A stretch of 62,440 nucleotides of DNA, filler included, from 16 parts of 16 records of this genome joined end to end with filler, not necessarily neighbours in it, one strand, 5' to 3'; positions 34,785-47,884 are shown, counted from the whole stretch's first letter. The notes: generated from the letters alone by a model not told the origin. A program made the numbers and translations.

Positions 34785-35008
34785 AATTTATATTCCCGGG
34801 AATTCATCATGATTATCAAAACGTTAAAAATGAGTGCACGAAAGCGAAATTGATGAAACGTTCGCTCACTATTTACCAGGTAAATTTATGGGATTGTAGC
34901 GTAAAAAAAGACAATTTCGCAGTCTTGCGCCGCATTGATTAGTGCGTATGATAGCGTCACTGGAGTTGCGCTCTTACCCTTATAGCCATTAACCCCAGGA
35001 ATCCGCAC

Positions 35009-35989
35009 ATGCGTATTGAAGAAGATCTGAAGTTAGGTTTTAAAGACGTTCTCATCCGCCCTAAACGCTCCACTCTTAAAAGCCGTTCCGATGTTGAACT
35101 GGAACGTCAATTCACCTTCAAACATTCAGGTCAGAGCTGGTCCGGCGTGCCGATTATCGCCGCAAATATGGACACCGTAGGCACATTTTCTATGGCCTCT
35201 GCGCTGGCTTCTTTTGATATTTTGACTGCTGTGCATAAACACTATTCTGTCGAAGAGTGACAAGCGTTTATCAACAATTCTTCCGCTGATGTGCTGAAAC
35301 ATGTGATGGTTTCTACCGGTACGTCTGATGCGGATTTCGAAAAAACTAAACAGATTCTCGACCTGAACCCGGCATTAAACTTCGTTTGTATTGACGTGGC
35401 GAATGGTTATTCCGAACACTTCGTGCAGTTCGTTGCGAAAGCGCGTGAAGCGTGGCCGACCAAAACCATTTGTGCTGGTAACGTAGTGACTGGTGAAATG
35501 TGTGAGGAGCTTATCCTCTCAGGTGCCGATATCGTTAAAGTTGGCATTGGCCCAGGTTCTGTTTGTACAACTCGCGTCAAAACAGGCGTCGGTTATCCGC
35601 AACTTTCTGCGGTAATCGAATGTGCCGATGCTGCGCACGGTCTGGGCGGAATGATCGTCAGCGATGGTGGCTGCACCACGCCGGGCGATGTGGCGAAAGC
35701 CTTTGGCGGCGGTGCCGATTTCGTCATGCTTGGCGGCATGCTGGCGGGCCACGAAGAGAGCGGCGGTCGCATCGTTGAGGAGAACGGCGAGAAATTTATG
35801 CTGTTCTACGGCATGAGCTCCGAGTCTGCGATGAAACGTCACGTTGGCGGCGTTGCGGAATATCGCGCAGCAGAAGGTAAAACCGTTAAGCTGCCGCTGC
35901 GAGGCCCGGTTGAAAATACCGCGCGAGATATTTTGGGCGGCCTGCGTTCAGCTTGTACATACGTTGGGGCTTCACGCCTGAAAGAGCTG
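35009..35989 (+). pseudogene. guaC: GMP reductase with an in-frame TGA at codon 84 (3' end also cut by the spacer)
   Basis: ...[24 protein letters not shown] in the same frame; [11 protein letters not shown] downstream. Confidence 0.88.
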
Positions 35990-36257
35990 NNNNNNNNNNN
36001 NNNNNNNNNNNNNNNNNNNNNNNNNNNNNNNNNTTAATTAATTAANNNNNNNNNNNNNNNNNNNNNNNNNNNNNNNNNNNNNNNNNNNNCGCAATAATTT
36101 TCACTCCAGCGAAAAATTAATGCCACAGAATTTGTAGAGAATGCTAATGATTAGCCCTGGATGGGTAAAATGGAGGAGTTTTCAGAGGCGACAAACAATA
36201 TAAATGAGTAGAAGTCTTTACAGGTTCCACCCATTTATAACGCTTATAAATGTTTAA

Positions 36258-36929
36258 TCAGGCAATATTTAGATATTTATGTGTTTGCATCGACAAACGC
36301 CAATTACGCGCAATGCAGGTTTCAATGCACAAACGTGTGGCATCATCCTTTTGGCTAATCGGCTGCAGTGCAATGACTCGCGGTTTATCATCGGTCAGCG
36401 TTGCCAGTAGTTCATCCAGTGCTTCAATATCGCGTACGCGCCCCACTGGATGCTTGATTTCGTTGGCTCGCTCCAGTGCCTGTGACAACACTTCATAGCC
36501 GCCGCGCATGTTCAGCTTTGGCGATACGGTAACCCAGGTATTCGGTGTGCAGCGTACCTCATGAGTACCACTGGTTTCGATCTGGCAGCTAAAACCGTTC
36601 TTTTCGAGCAGATCAGTCAGTGGCAGCAAATCATGAATGCAAGGCTCACCACCCGTAATCACCACATGCCGCGCGGTGTATCCCTGGCGACCAATGACAG
36701 CCAGCAAATCTTCACTGCTCGCAGCCCCCCACTTATCACTCTCTTTGGTCTTCGCCAGAATGCTGAAAAGGGAGACTTCCCGATCCTCAAGCTTTTCCCA
36801 GGTGTGTTTGGTGTCGCACCAGGCACAGCCAACCGGGCATCCCTGTAAACGAATAAAAATGGCGGGAACGCCGGTAAAGTAACCCTCACCTTGCAGGGTC
36901 TGGAACATCTCGTTAATCGGGTACTGCAT
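36258..36929 (-). CDS. queE: 7-carboxy-7-deazaguanine synthase
   Basis: Radical SAM motif CPVGCAWCDT, ITGGEP. Confidence 0.96.
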   Translation of the reverse strand: MQYPINEMFQTLQGEGYFTGVPAIFIRLQGCPVGCAWCDTKHTWEKLEDREVSLFSILAKTKESDKWGAASSEDLLAVIGRQGYTARHVVITGGEPCIHDLLPLTDLLEKNGFSCQIETSGTHEVRCTPNTWVTVSPKLNMRGGYEVLSQALERANEIKHPVGRVRDIEALDELLATLTDDKPRVIALQPISQKDDATRLCIETCIARNWRLSMQTHKYLNIA

Positions 36930-37067
36930 AGCATTCTCTGTGAAGTGGATAATTGTTAATTATTGCAGATCCTGCCACAACAATCATGTCTTATTAACAT
37001 TCTGTTACAGGCAGGTTTAAAGAAAAATGCGAAACATATCGTTAATAATTAAAGGGAGTAACGTATT

Positions 37068-37208
37068 ATGTCAGAAGAAAATAAAGAAAATGGATTTAAT
37101 CATGTCAAAACATTCACCAAAATTATATTTATTTTTTCTGTATTAGTTTTTAATGATAACGAATATAAAATTACCGATGCCGCCGTCAATTTATTTATCC
37201 AGATTTAA
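37068..37208 (+). CDS. yqcG: Small protein (46 aa), below the ORF-track cutoff
   Basis: [20 protein letters not shown]...NLFIQI with a GGGAG SD; lies between queE and ygcG. Confidence 0.65.
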
Positions 37209-37221
37209 TGAGAAATTTATA

Positions 37222-38094
37222 ATGCGCTATTTCATACTAATGTTCACTTTCGTATGTTCCTTTGTTGCAGCCCAACCAACTATTGTCCCACAATTACAGC
37301 AACAAGTTACGGATCTTACGAGTAGCTTAAACTCACAAGAAAAGAAAGAACTGACGCACAAGTTAGAATCTATTTTCAATAATACCCAAGTGCAAATTGC
37401 CGTATTAATTGTTCCCACAACCAAAGACGAGACAATTGAACAATATGCTACAAGAGTTTTTGACAATTGGCGTTTAGGAGATGCCAAACGTAATGATGGG
37501 ATACTGATCGTTGTTGCCTGGTCGGATCGCACTGTCCGCATCCAGGTAGGTTATGGGCTGGAAGAAAAGGTAACCGATGCTCTGGCTGGAGATATCATCC
37601 GTAGCAACATGATACCCGCATTTAAACAACAAAAATTAGCTAAGGGATTAGAGCTAGCTATAAACGCTTTGAATAACCAACTCACTTCACAACACCAATA
37701 TCCGACTAATCCTTCAGAAAGTGAATCAGCGTCTTCCAGTGATCATTATTACTTTGCTATTTTTTGGGTATTTGCAGTGATGTTCTTCCCTTTCTGGTTT
37801 TTTCATCAAGGCAGTAATTTTTGTCGCGCATGTAAAAGTGGAGTCTGTATTTCAGCAATCTATCTTTTAGATTTATTCCTGTTCTCCGATAAAATTTTTT
37901 CCATTGCTGTATTTTCCTTCTTTTTTACTTTCACCATATTTATGGTCTTTACCTGTTTATGTGTACTTCAGAAAAGAGCATCTGGTAGAAGTTATCATTC
38001 AGACAACAGCGGTTCCGCTGGAGGCTCAGATAGCGGCGGATTTAGCGGCGGGGGCGGTTCTTCTGGAGGTGGCGGCGCATCCGGCCGCTGGTAA
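37222..38094 (+). CDS. ygcG: TPM-domain membrane protein
   Basis: IQVGYGLEE motif, Gly-rich tail GGGASGRW. Confidence 0.9.
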
Positions 38095-38104
38095 CTCAAC
38101 CATA

Positions 38105-38134
38105 AAAAATGCCAGCCCGGAGGCTGGCATTTTT
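38105..38134. terminator. Bidirectional rho-independent terminator between ygcG and eno
   Basis: AAAAATGCCAGCC-CGGA-GGCTGGCATTTTT. Confidence 0.85.
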
Positions 38135-38153
38135 AAATCAGATAAAGTCAGTC

Positions 38154-38554
<401 letters not shown>

Positions 38555-38654
38555 NNNNNNNNNNNNNNNNNNNNNNNNNNNNNNNNNNNNNNNNNNNNTT
38601 AATTAATTAANNNNNNNNNNNNNNNNNNNNNNNNNNNNNNNNNNNNNNNNNNNN

Positions 38655-38684
38655 CACACACACACACACACACACGCACGCACG
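38655..38684. repeat. (CA)n/(CACG)n microsatellite at the start of the second eukaryotic contig
   Basis: About 10 CA units followed by CGCACGCACG. Confidence 0.9.
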
Positions 38685-39138
38685 AGCGCTTTCGCGCGCG
38701 ATGTTCGCTGGCAAGGTGATCACATACCAGGACCGCAGAGTCGCAATAGAGTCGCAAAGCAGTTGTTCTGTACCCCGACTGTTACCTATTATAAAGTCTT
38801 TGTAGCCTCACGAACATGTAGCGTCTGATGCTAGTCTGTCTGCGGTGCGAGGCGAGACAGATCCAGGAGCAGCAGGTACACAAAATATATTCGATACCTG
38901 GATATATCGCCGCAGGATACGAGACCACTGCCTGAACAGATACATGACGGCATTTCCACCTGTCAGACCTCCAATCCAATATCCTGGCTAGATACATTCT
39001 GGCTGAACAAGAAGAATGAATCATCATTATTATCACTGTATGCAAACGAATCATGATCCTGCGTGGCAGCTAAACAGGCTAATAATATACATTGATAAGC
39101 CGCTGGTTTCTTGTCCATCTCATCTACTCGTGTGAGCC

Positions 39139-40776
39139 ATGATAATAGAGTCTGCCTCGTTATCGTGTTCTATTACTGCCGTTCTCCACAAAGGGGCAGA
39201 CACCTTCGTTGGTGTGTGGCACTGATGGTTTGCGATCGCGATGCTGAAGATTTCGTTAGGCGTGGGGCCGTACCTGCGGAGATACCGTGGAACAGAATTT
39301 GTAGAGGAAATTTCTGTTTTACCTGCTTCCGTTGTACACGAAGTCAAATCTGGTACCTTAGATGTGGTGGCTCCATTGTTTGAAAGTCTAATCGGTCTGT
39401 TGTTCCTTACAGTTACCGACCAAACGCTCATCGTATTTGGTCAAAACATGCTCGCGGTCGTTTCCGTTTCGACAGATACCTTGCATGTTGCAAGTAGCTT
39501 CAAACTGGACGCATGGATTCTGGATGCTGTGTTGCTGGACGCATTTGATGAAGGGCAGGTATGAACAATGTGTCTGCGTTGCTAGTTCGGCGCCCTGTTT
39601 GTTGTATGCTACCGTCCACCGCGTGCTTGCAGCATGTACGACTGGGCGTGCTTCGATATGTGGGTGCCGTGATCCGAGTTGTTCATGCGTCGCTCTGCAG
39701 ATCAGTGGGGATGGGTGCGCCCTGGGTCCGTTTCTGGCGGTGGGCACCACACAGAATGATGTGTGTGTGGTTCGTTGGGAGACGGGTGTCGTCGAGAAGC
39801 GCGTCTCCTGTGCACAGCGCTGCATGCTGTACGTCGCATGCTGTGTGGCTTGTGTCGAGGTTTGATGTTTGTCATTATTGTTATTACAGCCTCTGTCTCT
39901 CTTCTATTGTTCCCGCATGCAATACGTCACCCTGTGCGTGTACATGGCTCGTTCGGTCATGCTCACCCACACACCTTCGTCCCCGCTCCCCCTTTGCAGG
40001 TTCTCGCTGTCGCTGTACGGACGCACCTGGTCCTCCCTCGTGTGTGCAAGCGGCTCTGCGTTCGGGGACGTGATGCTGTGGCGCCCGTCACAGCCCACAC
40101 CGGACGTTCTGCAGCGCTTGCCGGGTCACCAGGTGTGTTTGATCGGGTCGCATACAAGTGTGTGTCGTTTGGTTGGGTCTGGCATCCGGTGTGCCCCTGC
40201 GTCTTGTTTCTGCACTCCACTCGACACCAGACATATGTGCGGTTCCATGGATGAAACTTTCGAACGCTGTCATCCAATTCTGTGTGCGCATGTTTGTGTG
40301 TTTCGCCATTGTGTTTACATTACTGTGTGCGTAGGGTGCGATCTACCGCATGCATTTCGCCCGGGACGGTGGTTCGTTAGCGGTGGTGGCGGAGGACCGC
40401 AGTGTGCGTGTGTGGTGCCATCTCCTCACAGGGTATGTGCAACATGGTACAGCGTAGTGTATGTTTGTGGGCCGTGCCGTGCGCCTGTGATGTCATTCAG
40501 ACCTGTGACTATAGACCGTTTGCTGTGAAACAGCTGTTGGAGTCTCCGTGGGCTCTCTATTATGCGCCTCTCGTTTGCGAGACATCGTGCGCGGATATAA
40601 GCGACTCACGTGTTGTGTTTTTCTACGCAGTCCGCAGTGTGTCTTTCGCGTGATCGCTCATGGCGCGCGTGTGTGGGACTGCGCGCTCACACCGGACGGC
40701 CGTGTTGTCTCGTGCGGGGAGGACGGGTCGTGTGTTGTCTGGACGCATGCGGGGCAGAGACAGCTCACCGTTGCGC
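39139..40776 (+). CDS. Spliced eukaryotic WD40 gene, WDR6/Trm734-like (5' part); exons 39139-39211, 39260-39352, 39413-39558, 39701-39828, 40000-40132, 40335-40432, 40631-40776
   Basis: Six GT..AG introns join in phase to give ...FVGVGPYL...IVFGQN...AWILDA...LAVGTTQNDV...VSCAQRCMLFSL...LPGHQGAIYRM...AEDRSVRVW...AHGARVWD...SCGEDGSCVVW, co-linear with my recollection of the WDR6 N-terminus. Confidence 0.8.
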
Positions 40777-40876
40777 NNNNNNNNNNNNNNNNNNNNNNNN
40801 NNNNNNNNNNNNNNNNNNNNTTAATTAATTAANNNNNNNNNNNNNNNNNNNNNNNNNNNNNNNNNNNNNNNNNNNN

Positions 40877-40975
40877 CCTGATGCGCTACGCTTATCAGGC
40901 CTACGTTATTTCAGCAATATATTGAATTTACGTGCTTTTGTTGGCCGGACAAAGCGTTTACGCCGCATCCGGCAT
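40877..40975. repeat. REP/BIME
   Basis: CCTGATGCGCTACGCTTATCAGGCCTAC and GGCCGGACAAAGCG...GCATCCGGCA. Confidence 0.88.
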
Positions 40976-41002
40976 GAACAAAGCACACGTTGTTAACAAT
41001 CA

Positions 41003-41031
41003 GAAATGCCGGGAATAAATCCCGGCATTTT
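41003..41031 (-). terminator. tsx terminator
   Basis: AAATGCCGGGA-ATAAA-TCCCGGCATTT. Confidence 0.75.
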
Positions 41032-41036
41032 CATAA

Positions 41037-41921
41037 TCAGAAGTTGTAACCTACTACCAGGTAACCACCCCAGCCGGTAGAGCGAACGTTGAAGTTGCCG
41101 TTGCCGAAGTTCAGTTCTGCATCGTCGTTCCACTGACCACCGTCGTGCCAGTAACGAGCTACGACAGAGTAGTGCCAGTGATCGTAGTTCAGAGCCAGAA
41201 TATGGCTGGAAGCGATAGAGTTATTAGTACGGGTCTTAATACCGTTGATTGCGTTACCGCTGTCATCCCCTAAATCGGAACCCCAGTCGAAGTTGGTGAA
41301 GCCGATGTAGCTCAGCTGACCGCCCCACAGATCGGTAATCGGCACAAAGTATTTAATTTTGAAACGGTAACCGTCCCACTCGTTTTCGTTCGCTGCGCCA
41401 TAGTTCTGCCACTGGTATTTCGCATAGACGTTCATGGACAGGCTCATCGGCAGGCCAGTGTCGATATCGGTACCCAGACCCATGTACCAGGTGCTCTGGC
41501 GACCATCTTTATTACGACCCATGTCGTAAATGTAGTTGTTCGCGAAGTACCACTCTTTGAACGGACCGAAGCTAAGGTCAGTATTGGTCAGCTTGTCGAT
41601 GGAGAAACGTGGTTCGATTTCCATAAACAGCGGAGAACCGTGGTTCCAGATACCTTTAGCATCGGAGTTACCGCCGAAGAATACCGGCGCATCCGCATAA
41701 CCATAGAAGTCGAACCAGTCTTTTTTAGCGAATGCTTCGTACTCAAGGTAGGTATCGTTGCGGATCTGCGGTCCGAAACGGGTGTGATAGCTTCCGACAA
41801 CGTTAACGCTCTGGTGCCACCAGTCGGAAAGATACTGCGGTTTGTCGTTTTCAGCTGCGTTGACAGTAAAAGACGAAGAGAGCGCCAGTACCGCACCGGC
41901 TGCCAGTAATGTTTTTTTCAT
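41037..41921 (-). CDS. tsx: Nucleoside-specific outer membrane channel
   Basis: MKKTLLAAG..., SDWWHQSVN, terminal GYNF. Confidence 0.96.
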
Positions 41922-42219
41922 ATGTATGCCACTGTTTGAAAATCCCTTGCGGGAGTGAAAAAGGCGCAAATTGCGTTTCTAAATATTTCGTATACAGAGG
42001 AGCCTATTATAAAAATCATTGCTCACAAAAATATGTTTCGTTTCACAGTTCTATCATTTACGTAATCGATTGCGTTCACGTTTACACACATTCGGGCGGG
42101 GATTGTACTGACTTTCGCCCTTGTTGCAAACTTTTACTATCAATCCAGGTGATGTAAGCAGAGTAACAAAATGACGGGGAAAGATGTTGCGGGACGCACA
42201 AAATCGTCCCGAAATACGT

Positions 42220-42759
42220 TTACTGCATAACAGGTTGAATGTCGTGGATACGTACAAAGCCTAACTGATCCACAGAAATCCCCTTTAACTGTAACGGAAT
42301 ATCAACATCGCTGGGGGCGAGGACGCTGGCAGGGGCATTAATCAATTGATTCTGCACATTGATTTCCTGAAAGTTGTCTATTGTTCCCTGAATTTGCCCA
42401 TATTCAACAGTTCCGCTGAATGCGGGCAAGGGATCATTCGACTCACCCTGAATACGTAGTGTAAGGGTGGTGCCATCTGCATCAGGCGTAATATTCACCA
42501 GCGACATACGTAAAGTACCGATCTGGCTTTCCAGTCTTGCCGGTGTTTTCGCTCCAGGCAGAAGGTAAACCCCACTGCTGGATTTTGCATTCAGCCTGTT
42601 TTGCTGAGTGATTTTGACTGTTTCTTGATTGAGTTGCGTCATCTCCTGGTTCAGCGTGCTGACGCTGTGTTTCATCTGTCGCACTTCACTTTGCTGCACA
42701 CAGGCGCTAAGGCTGAACAGGCTTCCCAGCAGGAGCAGTCGAAAAACGTTAGTATTCAT
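42220..42759 (-). CDS. yajI: Lipoprotein
   Basis: LSAC lipobox; synteny with tsx and nrdR. Confidence 0.88.
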   Translation of the reverse strand: MNTNVFRLLLLGSLFSLSACVQQSEVRQMKHSVSTLNQEMTQLNQETVKITQQNRLNAKSSSGVYLLPGAKTPARLESQIGTLRMSLVNITPDADGTTLTLRIQGESNDPLPAFSGTVEYGQIQGTIDNFQEINVQNQLINAPASVLAPSDVDIPLQLKGISVDQLGFVRIHDIQPVMQ

Positions 42760-42873
42760 AGGTCGTCCCTTTCTCGTCGCAATTAGCCTAATGGTAGAGG
42801 GTAAAAGCAGCGAAAGCATCGATCCTTTATCTCAAAAGCGTTGCGCCTTTGTTGTATCGTCAGTTCAGGGTAA

Positions 42874-43359
<486 letters not shown>

Positions 43360-43362
43360 GCC

Positions 43363-44466
43363 GTGCAGGACGAGTATTACATGGCGCGGGCGCTAAAGCT
43401 GGCGCAACGAGGACGTTTTACCACGCATCCCAACCCGAATGTCGGGTGCGTCATTGTCAAAGATGGCGAAATTGTCGGTGAAGGTTACCACCAACGTGCG
43501 GGTGAACCACATGCCGAAGTACACGCGTTGCGTATGGCGGGTGAAAAAGCCAAAGGTGCGACCGCCTATGTCACACTCGAACCCTGTAGCCATCATGGTC
43601 GTACGCCACCGTGCTGTGACGCACTCATCGCCGCTGGCGTAGCGCGCGTGGTTGCCTCGATGCAAGATCCTAACCCGCAGGTCGCTGGGCGTGGACTTTA
43701 CCGTCTGCAACAGGCTGGCATTGACGTCAGCCACGGCCTGATGATGAGTGAAGCCGAGCAATTGAATAAAGGCTTTCTCAAGCGGATGCGCACCGGCTTT
43801 CCTTATATTCAGTTAAAACTTGGCGCATCGCTTGATGGTCGCACGGCGATGGCGAGCGGCGAAAGCCAGTGGATCACTTCGCCCCAGGCGCGGCGTGATG
43901 TACAACTACTGCGCGCGCAAAGTCATGCCATTTTAACCAGCAGCGCCACGGTGCTGGCGGATGATCCTGCCTTAACGGTGCGTTGGTCTGAACTGGATGA
44001 ACAAACTCAGGCGCTCTATCCGCAACAAAATCTCCGTCAGCCGATACGTATTGTGATTGATAGCCAAAATCGCGTGACGCCGGTACATCGCATTGTGCAG
44101 CAGCCCGGCGAAACCTGGTTCGCGCGTACGCAGGAAGATTCTCGTGAGTGGCCGGAAACGGTGCGTACCTTGCTGATTCCAGAGCATAAAGGTCATCTGG
44201 ATCTGGTTGTACTGATGATGCAACTGGGTAAACAGCAAATTAACAGCATCTGGGTGGAAGCGGGGCCAACGCTCGCTGGCGCATTGCTGCAGGCGGGTTT
44301 AGTCGATGAGCTGATTGTCTATATCGCACCTAAACTATTAGGCAGCGACGCCCGCGGATTATGCACGCTGCCAGGGCTTGAGAAATTAGCCGACGCCCCC
44401 CAATTTAAATTCAAAGAGATACGTCATGTAGGCCCGGATGTTTGCCTGCATTTAGTGGGTGCATGA
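43363..44466 (+). CDS. ribD: Riboflavin biosynthesis deaminase/reductase
   Basis: [23 protein letters not shown]. Confidence 0.97.
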
Positions 44467-44554
44467 TCTCCCGGCTCGAAAGGGAAGCAGCGCACGAAAT
44501 ATTATGCTAAAATCCGCCCCCCTGCGGGGCCATACTCGAACCCGAAGGAAGAAA

Positions 44555-45025
44555 ATGAACATTATTGAAGCTAACGTTGCTACCCCGGACGCTCGCGTCG
44601 CCATCACCATCGCGCGTTTCAACAACTTTATCAATGACAGCCTGCTGGAAGGTGCAATTGACGCACTGAAACGTATCGGTCAGGTAAAAGATGAAAACAT
44701 TACCGTTGTTTGGGTGCCTGGTGCCTATGAGCTGCCGCTGGCGGCGGGTGCACTGGCTAAAACCGGTAAATACGACGCGGTGATTGCGCTGGGTACGGTT
44801 ATTCGTGGTGGCACTGCCCACTTTGAATATGTCGCTGGTGGTGCAAGCAACGGCCTGGCGCATGTTGCCCAGGACAGCGAAATTCCGGTTGCTTTTGGGG
44901 TTCTGACCACTGAAAGCATTGAACAAGCGATCGAACGTGCTGGCACCAAAGCTGGCAACAAAGGTGCAGAAGCTGCACTGACCGCGCTTGAAATGATTAA
45001 TGTATTGAAAGCCATCAAGGCCTGA
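44555..45025 (+). CDS. ribE: Lumazine synthase
   Basis: [18 protein letters not shown]; 156 aa. Confidence 0.96.
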
Positions 45026-45044
45026 AATTAGTAAGGGGAAATCC

Positions 45045-45464
45045 GTGAAACCTGCTGCTCGTCGCCGCGCTCGTGAGTGTGCCGTCCAGGCGCTCTACTC
45101 CTGGCAGTTGTCCCAGAACGACATCGCTGATGTTGAATACCAGTTCCTGGCTGAACAGGATGTAAAAGACGTTGACGTCCTGTACTTCCGTGAGCTGCTG
45201 GCCGGGGTGGCGACTAATACCGCATACCTCGACGGACTGATGAAGCCATACCTGTCCCGCCTGCTGGAAGAACTGGGACAGGTAGAAAAAGCAGTACTGC
45301 GCATTGCGCTGTACGAACTGTCTAAACGTAGCGATGTGCCATACAAAGTGGCCATTAACGAAGCGATCGAACTGGCGAAATCGTTCGGCGCAGAAGACAG
45401 CCATAAGTTCGTCAACGGCGTACTCGATAAAGCAGCACCTGTGATTCGCCCTAACAAAAAGTGA
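45045..45464 (+). CDS. nusB: Transcription antitermination factor
   Basis: [21 protein letters not shown]. Confidence 0.97.
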
Positions 45465-45541
45465 TATCCAGGCCGGTAGATTCACGGAAGACCGTTCCAT
45501 GATCGCCGGCCTTTTCTTTTTTACCTGCTGAGGCATAACGT

Positions 45542-46519
45542 ATGGCATGTGGCGAGTTCTCCCTGATTGCCCGTTATTTTGACCGTGTAAGAAGTTCTCG
45601 TCTTGATGTCGAACTGGGCATCGGCGACGATTGCGCACTTCTCAATATCCCCGAGAAACAGACCCTGGCGATCAGCACTGATACGCTGGTGGCGGGTAAC
45701 CATTTCCTCCCTGATATCGATCCTGCTGATCTGGCTTATAAAGCACTGGCGGTGAACCTAAGCGATCTGGCAGCGATGGGGGCCGATCCGGCCTGGCTGA
45801 CGCTGGCATTAACCTTACCGGACGTAGACGAAGCGTGGCTTGAGTCCTTCAGCGACAGTTTGTTTGATCTTCTCAATTATTACGATATGCAACTCATTGG
45901 CGGCGATACCACGCGTGGGCCATTATCAATGACGTTGGGTATCCACGGCTTTGTTCCGATGGGACGAGCCTTAACGCGCTCTGGGGCGAAACCGGGTGAC
46001 TGGATCTATGTGACCGGTACACCGGGCGATAGCGCCGCCGGGCTGGCGATTTTGCAAAACCGTTTGCAGGTTGCCGATGCTAAAGATGCGGACTACTTGA
46101 TCAAACGTCATCTCCGTCCATCGCCGCGTATTTTACAGGGGCAGGCACTGCGCGATCTGGCAAATTCAGCCATCGATCTCTCTGACGGTTTGATTTCCGA
46201 TCTCGGGCATATCGTGAAAGCCAGCGACTGCGGCGCACGTATTGACCTGGCATTGCTGCCGTTTTCTGATGCGCTTTCTCGCCATGTTGAACCGGAACAG
46301 GCGCTGCGCTGGGCGCTCTCTGGCGGTGAAGATTACGAGTTGTGTTTCACTGTGCCGGAACTGAACCGTGGCGCGCTGGATGTGGCTCTCGGACACCTGG
46401 GCGTACCGTTTACCTGTATCGGGCAAATGACCGCCGATATCGAAGGGCTTTGTTTTATTCGTGACGGCGAACCTGTTACATTAGACTGGAAAGGATATGA
46501 CCATTTTGCCACGCCATAA
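45542..46519 (+). CDS. thiL: Thiamine-monophosphate kinase
   Basis: [24 protein letters not shown]. Confidence 0.97.
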
Positions 46520-47015
46520 AGATGTCGCGAAAAGTCGCCTGAAGATGAGTAATCCGTGGCATCTACTTGCTGTCGGATTCGGAAGTGGATTAAGCCCGAT
46601 CGTTCCTGGGACGATGGGCTCGCTGGCAGCGATTCCGTTCTGGTATCTGATGACCTTTTTGCCCTGGCAGCTCTACTCGCTGGTGGTGATGCTGGGGATC
46701 TGTATCGGCGTCTATCTTTGTCATCAAACGGCGAAAGACATGGGTGTGCACGATCATGGCAGCATTGTCTGGGACGAATTTATTGGTATGTGGATCACGC
46801 TCATGGCGCTGCCGACCAATGACTGGCAGTGGGTTGCCGCCGGGTTTGTGATTTTCCGTATTCTGGATATGTGGAAGCCGTGGCCGATCCGCTGGTTTGA
46901 TCGCAATGTGCATGGCGGCATGGGGATCATGATCGACGATATTGTCGCCGGGGTGATTTCCGCAGGCATCCTGTATTTTATCGGTCATCACTGGCCGCTG
47001 GGTATTCTGTCGTAG
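46497..47015 (+). CDS. pgpA: Phosphatidylglycerophosphatase A
   Basis: PGTMGS, IVWDE, GIMIDD. Confidence 0.96.
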
Positions 47016-47068
47016 TTGTGCACCGATGCCTGATGTGACGCTTGTCACGTCTCATCAGGCCTGGACTC

Positions 47069-47884
47069 TTATTTAAATCCTACGACAGGATGCGGTTTAT
47101 ACGGCGTTTCCAGTTCGGCAATCTGTTCCGGCTTCAAAGTGATATCCACCGCGTTCAATAGCTCATCAAGCTGTTCTTCGCGCGAAGTTCCGATAATCGG
47201 TGCGGCAATGCCCGGTTTACTCAACAACCAGGCCAGCGCAACTTGTGCTCGTGTCGCCCCCAGTTCTTCACTGACGCCTGTTAACCGCTCTGCGATCTGC
47301 GCGTCATTTTCATCGCTTTCTTTATAGAGATTTTTCCCCACCTCATCAGACACCAGTCGTGCGGTAGTTTCTCCCCACGGACGCGTCAGACGGCCCCTTG
47401 CCAGCGGGCTCCATGGAATTACCGCCACGCCCTCCTGATAACACAGTGGTAGCATCTCGCGCTCTTCTTCACGATAAATCAGATTGTAGTGATCCTGCAT
47501 ACTGACAAACTGCGCCCAGCCGTGCTGTTTTTGGAGTTCCAGTGCCTGAGCAAACTGCGAAGCGTGCATTGATGACGCGCCGATATAACGCGCTTTCCCG
47601 GCTTTTACCACGTCGTTGAGGGCTTCCAGCGTCTCTTCGATCGGCGTGTTGTAATCCCAGCGATGAATTTGCAGGATATCGACATAATCCATGCCGAGAC
47701 GTCGCAGGCTGTCGTCGATAGAGCGCAAAATTTGCGCACGGGATAATCCTTCCGGTAAATCACCAACGCGATGGAACACTTTGGTCGCAACGACCACGTC
47801 TTCACGACGGGCGAAATCCCGCAGTGCGCGACCGACGATCTCTTCGCTGCTGCCGTCAGAATAACTGTTGGCGGTATCAAAGAA
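47069..47884 (-). CDS. yajO: Aldo-keto reductase (partial)
   Basis: SLRRLGMDYVDILQIHRWD, PWSPLARG; synteny. Confidence 0.92.
   Translation of the reverse strand, partial: FFDTANSYSDGSSEEIVGRALRDFARREDVVVATKVFHRVGDLPEGLSRAQILRSIDDSLRRLGMDYVDILQIHRWDYNTPIEETLEALNDVVKAGKARYIGASSMHASQFAQALELQKQHGWAQFVSMQDHYNLIYREEEREMLPLCYQEGVAVIPWSPLARGRLTRPWGETTARLVSDEVGKNLYKESDENDAQIAERLTGVSEELGATRAQVALAWLLSKPGIAAPIIGTSREEQLDELLNAVDITLKPEQIAELETPYKPHPVVGFK

Noticed and set aside
36090-36257. CRISPR array expected near queE in K-12
   Set aside because: No repeat-spacer units are present; the contig starts beyond any array.
38690-39125. Possible divergent spliced gene upstream of the WD40 gene (minus-strand ATGs at 39118 and 39123)
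   Set aside because: Only short frames with no recognisable domain; I could not build a consistent exon chain.
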